DNA from: an uncultured Candidatus Micrarchaeota archaeon
GTDB lineage: Archaea; Micrarchaeota; Micrarchaeia; Anstonellales; Bilamarchaeaceae
Assembly: GCA_963723105.1 (NCBI GenBank)
Contig: CAVRPK010000004.1
Coordinates: forward strand, 4,765 to 68,764
Direction of reading: 5' to 3'
DNA: 64,000 nucleotides
The notes under the pieces are model-generated. The model was not told where the DNA came from. It worked only from the letters and a program-made list of their open reading frames with translations, and searched no databases. Numbering within the stretch: position 1 is the first letter of the stretch; the number at the start of each line of letters is the position of its first letter. Made by a program: the position numbers and the translations under genes. This document shows, in pieces, positions 35,696-44,915 of this stretch.

Positions 35696-36657
35696 AATCT
35701 CAACTCTCTTCTTTTTTCTTCAAACTTATCCAATTCTACCCCGCTTTCCACAAGCTTTGCCTTTAAAACTGATCTGTTCAGTTGCGTTTGTGCCTTGTGC
35801 GACCTTTGAATGCACATTATCTTGTCTCCTCTTCTAAAGAGGGTTCCGTGGTTTGATTCTCTCATTTTTTCAAACCCAAGTGCTTCAACAACTTTTGTAA
35901 AATCATTCGGATACATTGGCTTGCCCCTGTACTTTGTTTCTTTTTTATTCAACTCTTCTACTTGCTCTTGTTCTTCGAGATCAAGCAGTCTTGCAATATC
36001 ATGATACTCATCGAGCAAAATCCCTGGGAAAATTTTGAAGTCTGCCCATACTGGCAGGGGCTTCTCATTTGCTTTGGACCAAGTTGTAATCATATTTTTC
36101 TTTGTGCCAATTGATTCAAGTTCTGCTATGAACTCATCTTCATCTGGAATAAGTAAGATATTGGGCCAACTGCCAAAAAGTTTCTTTTTGGTTTCCGTAT
36201 CAAGATCCAGATATTCTATAAATTCAACTCTGGTTTCAATTGAATCAACGCCAAACATGGCCTCTGCCTGTCCTGCGATTTTTTCATCATCAATTCCAAT
36301 GGATTTGAGAAGCTCAATCGTTTTTTTGCTGGCCTTCAGCTCACTATCTACCAACCTGAATGTCCTTTTCCTTTTCTGCTCTTGTTTCCTTCTTTTTGTT
36401 TCTCTATGTGTGACTGCTTCTGATAATGCTGCCAGACTTAGAATGATATTTTTTGCTTTTTGCAATCTTTCCCTGCTTTTCTTTTCCTTTGCCTCTTGTT
36501 TGCAGCAGTTTTGGTATAAAAAATGAAGTGTGCTGTTTGATTTAATTGCTTTCTCTATCCCAAATTCTTTTGCAACTTCTATTGCCTCTGATTGAATTAT
36601 TGGATCAAGCTGCCTGATTTTAACCTTTTTGAGCAGGTCAATATCCCCATTATCCAT
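35692..36657 (-). CDS. 321-aa protein with long helical N-terminal region and HicA-like C-terminal domain
   Basis: The C-terminal FTKVVEALGFEKMRESNHGTLFRRGDKIMCIQRSHKAQTQLNRSVLKAKLVESGV resembles HicA (xxLxxxGFxxxRxxGSHxxF..xxlkxilkqxG). The N-terminal 250 aa are coiled-coil/helical. ATGA overlap with the hicB-like gene. Confidence 0.5.
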   Translation of the reverse strand: MDNGDIDLLKKVKIRQLDPIIQSEAIEVAKEFGIEKAIKSNSTLHFLYQNCCKQEAKEKKSRERLQKAKNIILSLAALSEAVTHRETKRRKQEQKRKRTFRLVDSELKASKKTIELLKSIGIDDEKIAGQAEAMFGVDSIETRVEFIEYLDLDTETKKKLFGSWPNILLIPDEDEFIAELESIGTKKNMITTWSKANEKPLPVWADFKIFPGILLDEYHDIARLLDLEEQEQVEELNKKETKYRGKPMYPNDFTKVVEALGFEKMRESNHGTLFRRGDKIMCIQRSHKAQTQLNRSVLKAKLVESGVELDKFEEKRRELRL

Positions 36658-36735
36658 GATATTATATCGTAACTATCGAATTTAACCGTTTCTTTTTTAA
36701 TTCTGAGGTGTGATCTCCGTCTATTGGTTGATTCT

Positions 36736-37005
36736 ATGGCAATTGTAGTAAAGAGAAGAGGAAAAAACGAAACATATGATGATCGAAAGATCTATGGTTC
36801 TATTTATGCAGCATGTAAAGATTGTGATCTTGGAGAAAAGGAATCAGAAAAAATTGCTGAAAAGACCTGCTCCGAAGTGAAAAAATTTCTCCAAGGAAAA
36901 AAAGAGGTCAATTCAACTGAAATCTTTGGTTTTGTACTACAAAAGCTTGCTAAGGAACACGAGGCTGTGGCATTCATGTACCAGACTCACAGGGATATTG
37001 TATAG
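36736..37005 (+). CDS. Stand-alone ATP-cone domain protein
   Basis: MAIVVKRRGKNETYDDRKIYGSIYAAC..STEIFGFVLQKL..AFMY fits the ATP-cone pattern (VxKRDGxxExFxxxKI..). Confidence 0.6.
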   Translation: MAIVVKRRGKNETYDDRKIYGSIYAACKDCDLGEKESEKIAEKTCSEVKKFLQGKKEVNSTEIFGFVLQKLAKEHEAVAFMYQTHRDIV

Positions 37006-37014
37006 GAGAAGCCT

Positions 37015-38457
37015 ATGAACGTTATAGCATGCGGAAACAAAAACACTGCGCAGGCTGCTAAAGAAGTAATGGATAAAGGCGGAAATGCCTTTGATGGAAT
37101 TGTTGCTGCCTGTTTTGCAAGTACGGTTACAGAGCCAATGCTTACATCTCTTGGGGGCGGCGGAATTGGATTATTGCGTTTTCCAACAGGCAAGACAAAA
37201 TGCATTGATTTTCTAACTGATTATTCAAGATCCAAATCTCATGTGGATGCAGAAAAGATAGTAGTAAGCTTTGGAGGTGAAAAACAAGTTTTTTACCTTG
37301 GTTATGGTTCACTAGGGGTACCTGGTTGCCTTGATGGCTTTCTTCACATGCACAAACACTATTGTACAATGGATCTTGCTACTCTTCTTGCTCCTTCAAT
37401 AAGATTTGCAAAAGGACATAAACTGGATAACTTCCAGGCCTTTGTGTTTCAAGTACTTGAGACATTTTGTATGTATACTGATGAGTCAAAAGAAGTATTT
37501 GCACCCAATGGCATTCTTCTCAAGGGAGATGATGTAATAAAAAATCTGAAACTTGCTTCCTTTCTTGAGGCTCTTGCAAATGATAAACAATCTGCATTAC
37601 AATCCTTTCGAGAGGCAACTACAACTACCGTTGCAGGGAAGATGAGCACTCTTACCCCAGAGGATTTGGAGAGCTATCAGGTTTTTGAGCGCGAACCACT
37701 TTCAATGAATTATAATAACTATGAGCTGGCACTTACCCCCCCACCATCTGCAGGCGGACTTTTGATTGCTCATGGTTTAAAGTTTCTGGAAAATAAACTT
37801 GAAGGAATCAAACACAATTCTCCTGAGCATATCAAACTTTTAGTAGAATCAACGAAATACTCAAACTCACAAAGAACAAGGGAATTTTTCAAAGGACTTC
37901 TATTTGAGGAAGGATTTTGGAAGAAATCCCTTGATCGGCTTGGCGGCACAACTCACATCAGTATCATTGATTCTGAAGGAAATGCTGCTAGCATAACCAC
38001 AAGCAATGGCCAGGGGGCAGGAATAATGGTAAAAGGAACTGGCATAATGCTCAACAATTTTGCAGCAGAGCCGGATCTCATGCAATATAAAGATGTTTAT
38101 CTACCTGGAAAAAGAATAACGAGTATGATGTGCCCTTCTATAATAAGCAAACATGGCCAGATATATGCAGTGTTGGGTAGTGGGGGAAGTAACAGAATAA
38201 GGAGTGCAATGCTCCAGAGCATCTCTAATCTTACTGATTTCAAAATGTCTCCTCAAGAAACAACAGATGCAAGTAGAGTGCATTTTGAAGATAACCTTCT
38301 ACAAGTTGAAAGTGGCATCTCTCCAAAAGGTCTTGAAGAATACAAGACTAATCTGTGGACTGAAAACACAAACTTTTATTTTGGTGGAGTTCACATAGCT
38401 GGAATCAATGAGGCAGGAGGGGACCAAAGAAGAGGTGGGGTCGTAATTCTCTCTTAA
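37015..38457 (+). CDS. ggt: Gamma-glutamyltranspeptidase family protein
   Basis: Autoprocessing/catalytic Thr context LGGTTHISIIDSEGNAASITTSNG, plus MMCPSII and LGSGGSNRI. Confidence 0.8.
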   Translation: MNVIACGNKNTAQAAKEVMDKGGNAFDGIVAACFASTVTEPMLTSLGGGGIGLLRFPTGKTKCIDFLTDYSRSKSHVDAEKIVVSFGGEKQVFYLGYGSLGVPGCLDGFLHMHKHYCTMDLATLLAPSIRFAKGHKLDNFQAFVFQVLETFCMYTDESKEVFAPNGILLKGDDVIKNLKLASFLEALANDKQSALQSFREATTTTVAGKMSTLTPEDLESYQVFEREPLSMNYNNYELALTPPPSAGGLLIAHGLKFLENKLEGIKHNSPEHIKLLVESTKYSNSQRTREFFKGLLFEEGFWKKSLDRLGGTTHISIIDSEGNAASITTSNGQGAGIMVKGTGIMLNNFAAEPDLMQYKDVYLPGKRITSMMCPSIISKHGQIYAVLGSGGSNRIRSAMLQSISNLTDFKMSPQETTDASRVHFEDNLLQVESGISPKGLEEYKTNLWTENTNFYFGGVHIAGINEAGGDQRRGGVVILS

Positions 38458-38504
38458 GCACTAATTGAGAAAATATATTAATATTCCATTGTAAATTATT
38501 CTTT

Positions 38505-39281
38505 ATGGCAGCTCCTCGTTCCAGAACTCGAAGAAGAACTCCTTCTCCTCCGGTATATTCCCCAAGAGCAGTTACCCCTAGGAGATCTCAACCCAAGGGA
38601 AGATCAAGATCCAAGGAAGTTCCAAGAAGAGTGGTACGTTCTCCAGAAAGTACCCGTGCTGCAATGAGAGCACAAGCACTTCATGATCTATCAAGCACCA
38701 GGCCTCAAACTAGGATAAGGGGTCTTTTTGTGCTTGGAGACCTTCGTGATGCATCTTCTGCAGGGCGCGTTTCAGGATTTCTTACTGATGAAAATGGGGC
38801 TGTTCGAAGAGCAGCTGCTATTGCTCTTGGTACTATGGGAGATCGAAGTGCTGGACGTAACTTGGTTCGTGCTTTGAGAGATGGAGAGCCTGCTGTTCGT
38901 GAAGCTGCGGCAGCTGCCATAGGGAACCTTGGCGAGCCTCAAGCAGTTCGTTATCTCATTCTTCGTCTTCGAGATCCAAATGCAGCAGTTCGAAGAGCAG
39001 CTATCCACTCACTTGGACAAATTGGAGATGTTAGGGCAACTCCTGCACTAAGTGCGAGGTTAGTTGGTGGAACTGTTTCAGGCCAAGTACTTCCTGTGGA
39101 TCCTGATCATTACAATAGAATTGAAATTGCGCGCGCTCTTCGGCAAATTGCCGATCCAAATGCACTTCCTGCTCTTGATCGAGCAAGGCGATATGATCAA
39201 AATGCATTGGTTCGAAGATATGCTCTTGATGCTCATCGTGAGATAACTGCTGCACAACAGACTGCAGAAGCCGGAGAGTAA
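38505..39281 (+). CDS. HEAT-repeat (PBS-lyase type) protein with Arg/Pro/Ser-rich N-terminus
   Basis: MAAPRSRTRRRTPSPPVYSPRAVTPRRSQPKGRSRSK is followed by repeats VRRAAAIALGTMGD, VREAAAAAIGNLGE and VRRAAIHSLGQIGD. Local GC is clearly above that of the neighbours. Confidence 0.7.
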   Translation: MAAPRSRTRRRTPSPPVYSPRAVTPRRSQPKGRSRSKEVPRRVVRSPESTRAAMRAQALHDLSSTRPQTRIRGLFVLGDLRDASSAGRVSGFLTDENGAVRRAAAIALGTMGDRSAGRNLVRALRDGEPAVREAAAAAIGNLGEPQAVRYLILRLRDPNAAVRRAAIHSLGQIGDVRATPALSARLVGGTVSGQVLPVDPDHYNRIEIARALRQIADPNALPALDRARRYDQNALVRRYALDAHREITAAQQTAEAGE

Positions 39282-39283
39282 TA

Positions 39284-40057
39284 ATGGATTTTTTTGAAGC
39301 AATAATCCTCGGTATCATCCAGGGTATTGCAGAATGGCTTCCTATAAGCTCTGAAGCAATGGTTACCCTTGCTGGAAAGTTTCTTTTTAATACAGAATAT
39401 AAGGAAGCACTTGGTACTGCAATTTGGCTTCATAGCGGCACCACTCTATCTGCTATTATCTATTTCCGTAACGATGTTATTACAATAATAAAAAGCATTT
39501 TTAGTGGAAACCGAAGTTTATTGTTTTTTTTGACAATTGCAACTTTATCCACATCAATAAGTGCAATTCCTCTTTTGCTTCTTGCATTTTCAATAGAGCT
39601 TCCTGATGTTCTATTTACTCTTTTTATCGGGATTTTTTTGCTTCTCATCTCTTATCTTCAAAAAAGCAAACACATCTCAAAATCAGATGATTCAACAACT
39701 TCAAAAAAAGCAGTTATATCTGGCATTGTTCAAGGTTTTGCAGTTCTTCCTGGAGTGAGCAGATCTGGATTGACTGTTGCAGCATTGCTTTCTCAAAAGT
39801 TTTCATTGAAGGAATCCCTTAGGTTAAGTTTTTTGATGAGCATTCCAGTTACTGGCGGAATCCAGATCTTTCTTCCTCTTGTAAGCGATGGTTTCAGTAT
39901 AACTGCTCCTTTGATTCTTGGAAGTCTTGTTGCTTGTGCTGTGGGGCTTTTGACTATAAAAACACTGATGGAATTTGCACAGCGCATTAGTTTTGTCCGG
40001 GCAACATTTGCTCTTGGTGTTATTGTTATTCTTCTTGCAATAGTTCTTGCACTGTAA
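39284..40057 (+). CDS. uppP: Undecaprenyl-diphosphatase (UppP/BacA family)
   Basis: MDFFEAIILGIIQGIAEWLPISSEAM and the PGVSRSG motif. Multi-TM. Confidence 0.85.
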   Translation: MDFFEAIILGIIQGIAEWLPISSEAMVTLAGKFLFNTEYKEALGTAIWLHSGTTLSAIIYFRNDVITIIKSIFSGNRSLLFFLTIATLSTSISAIPLLLLAFSIELPDVLFTLFIGIFLLLISYLQKSKHISKSDDSTTSKKAVISGIVQGFAVLPGVSRSGLTVAALLSQKFSLKESLRLSFLMSIPVTGGIQIFLPLVSDGFSITAPLILGSLVACAVGLLTIKTLMEFAQRISFVRATFALGVIVILLAIVLAL

Positions 40058-40922
40058 ATGATGCCCAAACCGGATAATGGTCCGAGACTTCTTCAGCCTG
40101 CGATTGGTTTAATTCATATACTAAATCAAATCTGAAAACTCCACTTTGAATATATTCATCTACTGTAGAGTTTGTTATGATTATCCTGTCATAATTGCAT
40201 ACTGTTGATTTTGTTGTCGTATCCTCATCCTTTATCAGCCAGATATACTCTCTAAGCGAAACGTTGTCGCTGTCTTTCAAATAATTGCAATCTGCATTAA
40301 GGTCGCCAAGAATAATGAAGTCTTCTTCGTCTGGATATTCTGCCATAGAATGATTCAAGACAATTGGCAGCGCATCTAATTCCTGAGGGGTTTCATCTGG
40401 GTCACTGTGGAATACAAGAAGTACAAAGTCAAATTCTTCAGAAACAAATCTTGCGATGTAAGGCTCTCTATGAAATTTGTCTTTAGTATCATTGAAAGTA
40501 TAATTTGAGAGCAGCTCAATTTTGCTGTTATATATGTAGGCATATTGTTCTTTGCTGGAGGTTCTACCAAGCCTTGGCCCTACTGTGTAATTGTATTTTT
40601 CTCCTGGCAGTGAGTTTATCCTTTCTATAAGAAGAGGCAGAGCGCTCTGGTCTTTGTCTCTGATTTCCTGCATTGCTATAATGTCAAAATTTCTCATGGT
40701 TTTTGCCAGGATTTCCATTACTTCTTCTTTCTCTGATTTTGATTTTCCAAAAATCTGAACATTAAATGCAGCAATTGTTATGTTTTCCAGCTCGCTTGTA
40801 TTCTTTTCAAAAACAGTATGATTATCCTCGCCAGAATCATTTATTATTGGCTGCTCATTTTCAATAGTAGTAACACATCCAAAAACCAAAAACACAAGAA
40901 TTACAATGCCTACTTTATTCAT
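40026..40922 (-). CDS. Secreted DNase I-like endonuclease (EEP superfamily), lipobox signal
   Basis: Signal VFLVFGC. EEP motifs IAAFNVQIFG, IIAMQEIRD, ILGDLNADCNY and SDHYPVWASF. The 3' end overlaps uppP convergently by 32 nt. Confidence 0.8.
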   Translation of the reverse strand: MNKVGIVILVFLVFGCVTTIENEQPIINDSGEDNHTVFEKNTSELENITIAAFNVQIFGKSKSEKEEVMEILAKTMRNFDIIAMQEIRDKDQSALPLLIERINSLPGEKYNYTVGPRLGRTSSKEQYAYIYNSKIELLSNYTFNDTKDKFHREPYIARFVSEEFDFVLLVFHSDPDETPQELDALPIVLNHSMAEYPDEEDFIILGDLNADCNYLKDSDNVSLREYIWLIKDEDTTTKSTVCNYDRIIITNSTVDEYIQSGVFRFDLVYELNQSQAEEVSDHYPVWASFTVQELLQEE

Positions 40923-40952
40923 GCTGCCTTTCTACAATGTTAAAGAATAAGA

Positions 40953-42164
40953 TTATTCTCTTTTCTTTCTGTATGGTTTTTTTCCTCGCACAGGACGCTT
41001 TCCTCTAGTGTCCCTGCTTGGCCTTCTGCCTGAATCTCTTGAGGGTCTTTCTCTTGGACTATGATCAATTCCATGCTTCATCCACGCGAAATCCGGGTGA
41101 TCATCAGCATGTCTTTCTTTTACTGTTTCTACTCTCTGGACAAAGTTGACTACCTTGCCCTCAGCACCCATTCTTCCAGTTCTGCCTACTCTATGAAGGT
41201 GCGTTTCTTCACTTTCTGCTTTATCATAATTGATTATAAGTCCAACTTCATCAATATGCAGTCCTCTGGCAGCAACATTTGTTGCAACAAGAATGTCAAT
41301 TTTCCCTTCTTTGAATTTTGATAAGACTGCGTTTCTTCTTGACTGACTCATATCTCCCTGAAGCATATCTACATTCTTGAATCCTTTGAATGAAAGTTTT
41401 TCTTCAAGCCACATGGTGCCTCTTTTTGTTTCCATGAAAATGATTGTTTTTACTCCTATATGTGATTTCAGGACACGAAGAAGTTCTGAGAATTTTTCTC
41501 TTCTGATTGTTTCAACGTGCTCTTCTTTTATTGATGCAACAACCTCTATCTCTCCAATTTCAATTGTTTTTGCATTTGGAATATACTTTGATGCAATATT
41601 GAGAATACTTTCATCAATCGTTGCCGAGATTAAAAGCATTGTTCTTTGATCTGGAAGCTGTGCTAGGATATCCGTCATTTCATCTGCAAATCCCATGTCA
41701 AGCATGTGATCTGCTTCATCAAGAATAATAGTATCAAACTCCTTGATTGAAACAACCCCTCTTCTGTTTAGATCAAGAAGTCTTCCTGGAGTTGCAACTA
41801 AGATGTCTACTCCCCCTTTCAAGTCCCTGATCTGGACAGTTATGCTATGTCCTCCATAAACAGCAAATACTCTCATTTGATGGACTATTCCAATAGATTG
41901 AAGTTCTTTACATACCTGAAGAGCAAGTTCTCTTGTTGGAGTTAGTATAAGTCCTTTTTTTGAACTTCCAGAAGCAATTCTTTCTATTATTCCAATTCCA
42001 AATGCTGCTGTTTTTCCGGTTCCAGTCTGACTTCTAACAATCAGGTTATGTCCTTCCATAATCTCTGGTACTGCCTTTTCCTGCACTTCAGTTGGTTCTT
42101 CATAACCTAATTTTTCAAGTGCTTCTAATGTCTTCCTATTTAATTTTAAATCGCTAAATTTCAT
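40953..42164 (-). CDS. DEAD-box ATP-dependent RNA helicase
   Basis: Q-motif region, SQTGTGKT, ILDEADHML, SAT and HRVGRTGR. Arg-rich C-terminal tail. Confidence 0.9.
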   Translation of the reverse strand: MKFSDLKLNRKTLEALEKLGYEEPTEVQEKAVPEIMEGHNLIVRSQTGTGKTAAFGIGIIERIASGSSKKGLILTPTRELALQVCKELQSIGIVHQMRVFAVYGGHSITVQIRDLKGGVDILVATPGRLLDLNRRGVVSIKEFDTIILDEADHMLDMGFADEMTDILAQLPDQRTMLLISATIDESILNIASKYIPNAKTIEIGEIEVVASIKEEHVETIRREKFSELLRVLKSHIGVKTIIFMETKRGTMWLEEKLSFKGFKNVDMLQGDMSQSRRNAVLSKFKEGKIDILVATNVAARGLHIDEVGLIINYDKAESEETHLHRVGRTGRMGAEGKVVNFVQRVETVKERHADDHPDFAWMKHGIDHSPRERPSRDSGRRPSRDTRGKRPVRGKKPYRKKRE

Positions 42165-42225
42165 TATCTCACTTTTTGGTAAAAAGAGTAATTCTATGTA
42201 ATTATCTCTTTACTTATATATAAAC

Positions 42226-42795
42226 CTATTCATTTTTTACAAAAATCGCTATCATGAGTAATCCCACTAAAATGAAGGCTTCTCCGCAAACAAAATCCCA
42301 AAGAGGAGCTTCTCTTTCTTGTTTTGATGGTGGTTTGGTTTCATTGATTGGTTTATCTGGTACTGTTCCTCCAGCAGAAACATTGTTGAATCCAGCATCT
42401 TTCTCTGTTTTGCCTTCTGTGCATACTCCATTTGATGCTTCTGCGCATCTATCTGCAGTCTTAAAACATTCGATCATTTCTGCATTGTTGCAATCTCTTG
42501 CATCTGATCCTGTTTTGAACAATTCCTTGCATGTACTGAGTCTGCTCACACATTCGTCCATATGAGGACAGCTTCCAAGTGCATACTTTATGCTCATCAT
42601 TGGATATGTAGTTGCAAGGCAACCTGTTCCAGTTTCCTGGATTGCCTCGTAGCATTCCTTATCCATTTTCCCGCTTTCATCAAATGGACAATCATTGCAT
42701 GATTTGGTAAATGAATCAAGTGCGCAACTTCCAGCAAAAGAAATGGCGCTAAGAGCTATTATAACAAGGCCAATTAGGAATATTCGAGTTAGCAT
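42226..42795 (-). CDS. Secreted Cys-rich protein with C-terminal TM anchor
   Basis: Signal peptide, about 16 Cys, and C-terminal TM FILVGLLMIAIFV. No homology recognised. Confidence 0.5.
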   Translation of the reverse strand: MLTRIFLIGLVIIALSAISFAGSCALDSFTKSCNDCPFDESGKMDKECYEAIQETGTGCLATTYPMMSIKYALGSCPHMDECVSRLSTCKELFKTGSDARDCNNAEMIECFKTADRCAEASNGVCTEGKTEKDAGFNNVSAGGTVPDKPINETKPPSKQEREAPLWDFVCGEAFILVGLLMIAIFVKNE

Positions 42796-42829
42796 AACTC
42801 AAATTCTGTGTACTCATTTTAATATTTTG

Positions 42830-43981
42830 TCATTTTGCCAATTCGTATATCCTTTCAATATCCTCTGATTTCAATCTAACAAAACTGCCTCTTCTTCCAG
42901 ATCCAGCACAGATTTTTGCCATTTCCCCGAATTTTTCATTATCGATATTTAGCTCGGACAGAGAGGTTGGAAGTCCAAGTTCTCCGAAGAATTCCCTTGT
43001 TTTTTCTATTGCCGAAATTGCCATATCCTCATCGCAGCATTCATCAATTTTCCATACTTCTCTTGCAAATTGGGCAAATCTTGAAATATCCTGTTTAACT
43101 ACGTATCTCATCCATGCAGGGAAAATAATCGCAAGTCCGGCTCCGTGTGGAATGTCATAAAATGCGCTGAGCTGATGCTCTATTCCATGAGATGCCCAGT
43201 CTTCTTCTCTTCCTGTTCCGAGAAGTCCAGTATGTGCAAGAGTGCTTGCCCACATCAGGTTTGCCCGAGCATCATAATCTTCCGGCTCGCCCATAACTAT
43301 TCTTCCATTTTTTATTATTGACCTAAGAGCACCTTCACAAAGTTTGTCTGTCAAATCAACTGAACTCGAATTAGTAAAATATCTCTCAAAAATATGCGCC
43401 ATCATATCTGCAATTCCATTTGCAGTCTGATCTTTTGAGACTGAGTATGTCAGCTCTGGATTCAGTATGGCAAACTTTGGCCTTATGTTTCCATGCGATG
43501 AAGCTTTTCTTGGTCCATCTTCATTAGTTATTACTGTTGCATTGCTTGCTTCAGAGCCTGCTGCAGATATTGTCAAAACAACTCCAACTGGAAGTGATTT
43601 TTCAATTATTTTCCCTTCAAAGAAATCCCAAACATCCCCATCATAAACTGCTCCAGCTCCAATTGCCTTTGCCGAATCTATTACGCTTCCTCCTCCAACT
43701 GCAAGGATGCAATCTACTGATTCCTTTTTGCAAAGTTCTATCCCTTCTTTGACTAAACTAAGTCTTGGATTTGGAACAACTCCAGAAAGTTCAACAAAAT
43801 CAACGTTCGCCTTTTTCAGACTCTCTGTGATTCGATCATAAAGTCCGTTTTTCTTTATGCTTCCGCTGCCATAGTGCAAAAGCACCTTTTTTCCAAGCTT
43901 GCCTATCTCTTTTCCAACTCGATTTTCTGTTTCTTTTCCAAAAATAATTTTTGTCTCACACTGATACTCGAAATTTTCCAT
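42830..43981 (-). CDS. Iron-containing alcohol dehydrogenase (butanol DH/YqhD-like)
   Basis: AVGGGSVIDSAKA and His-rich metal sites (ADMMAHIFERY, WASHGIEHQLS). Start moved to MENFEY (ATG 43981), which removes the overlap with 44073. Confidence 0.85.
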   Translation of the reverse strand: MENFEYQCETKIIFGKETENRVGKEIGKLGKKVLLHYGSGSIKKNGLYDRITESLKKANVDFVELSGVVPNPRLSLVKEGIELCKKESVDCILAVGGGSVIDSAKAIGAGAVYDGDVWDFFEGKIIEKSLPVGVVLTISAAGSEASNATVITNEDGPRKASSHGNIRPKFAILNPELTYSVSKDQTANGIADMMAHIFERYFTNSSSVDLTDKLCEGALRSIIKNGRIVMGEPEDYDARANLMWASTLAHTGLLGTGREEDWASHGIEHQLSAFYDIPHGAGLAIIFPAWMRYVVKQDISRFAQFAREVWKIDECCDEDMAISAIEKTREFFGELGLPTSLSELNIDNEKFGEMAKICAGSGRRGSFVRLKSEDIERIYELAK

Positions 43982-44072
43982 TATTTGATCACCATGTTTA
44001 TCATTTAAATATTCTCTAATTTTCATTGCAAAATAAAGCGTCTTATATGATTTTACCTGCCATATTGCATCT

Positions 44073-44915
44073 ATGAAGAGCAACTGGGATAAGGCAGCTT
44101 CTAACTATGTCGATATAATAGGAGAAACTGGAAGCCATTCACAAAGAACGTATATTACTCCTGCAATGCTAGAAATGGTTGGGGATATAAAGGACAAAAA
44201 AGTTCTTGATCTTGGCTGTGGTGAAGGCTATTTCTCAAGAAAAGTTGCAGAACTTGGGGCAGAAGTTATTGGGATTGACATATCTGCAGAACTAGTGAAA
44301 ATTGCAAAGGAAAAGGAAAAAAGAAAGTCTCTTGGAATCAAATATCATAATTTGAGTTCCGAAAGTCTTGATGGCATAAAAGATTCATCCTTTGATCTTA
44401 TTGTATCCAACATGGTTCTTCATAATGTCAAGAATCTGGAAGCTACTTTTGCAGAATGCTCACGTGTTCTCAAAAATAATGGCCGTTTGATATTTGTAAT
44501 TATCCATCCCCTGGTCGATACAATGAAGATGGCTTCATTTGACAATGATCTCCAAGGGCTTTTCGTCAAGCTCAGAATTTATGGCAAGCAATGCACTGTT
44601 CCACATCGTACTCACTGGAACAAGGGAGTTGTTCTCTATCACCGTCCATTTCAATATTATTTTAATCATCTGTTCAAAAGTGGCTTTTCTATATCCAAAT
44701 TTGATGAAATTTCATTAAAGCATAGGTCTCCTATGGCAGAAGCCTCACTTGTAAGTCGTCTTCTTATGCGATTAAATGTATTTGGCAAATTCTTTTTTCC
44801 TGATAAATCTGTGAAATCAATAATCGGAAATGAAACTGTTCTTGAATTCTGGGAACAGATGCCTTCTTTTGTTGCAATCGAGGCAACCAAAAATTCTAAA
44901 GAAGCTCAAGACTAA
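44073..44915 (+). CDS. Class I SAM-dependent methyltransferase
   Basis: Motif I VLDLGCGEGYF, acidic loop VIGIDIS and post-I IVSNMVLH. Confidence 0.75.
   Translation: MKSNWDKAASNYVDIIGETGSHSQRTYITPAMLEMVGDIKDKKVLDLGCGEGYFSRKVAELGAEVIGIDISAELVKIAKEKEKRKSLGIKYHNLSSESLDGIKDSSFDLIVSNMVLHNVKNLEATFAECSRVLKNNGRLIFVIIHPLVDTMKMASFDNDLQGLFVKLRIYGKQCTVPHRTHWNKGVVLYHRPFQYYFNHLFKSGFSISKFDEISLKHRSPMAEASLVSRLLMRLNVFGKFFFPDKSVKSIIGNETVLEFWEQMPSFVAIEATKNSKEAQD

Noticed and set aside
44073-44083. Overlap of the ADH track ORF (start 44083) with the methyltransferase start
   Set aside because: Fe-ADH homology begins at MENFEYQCETKIIFG (ATG 43981). The upstream 34 codons are promoter sequence.
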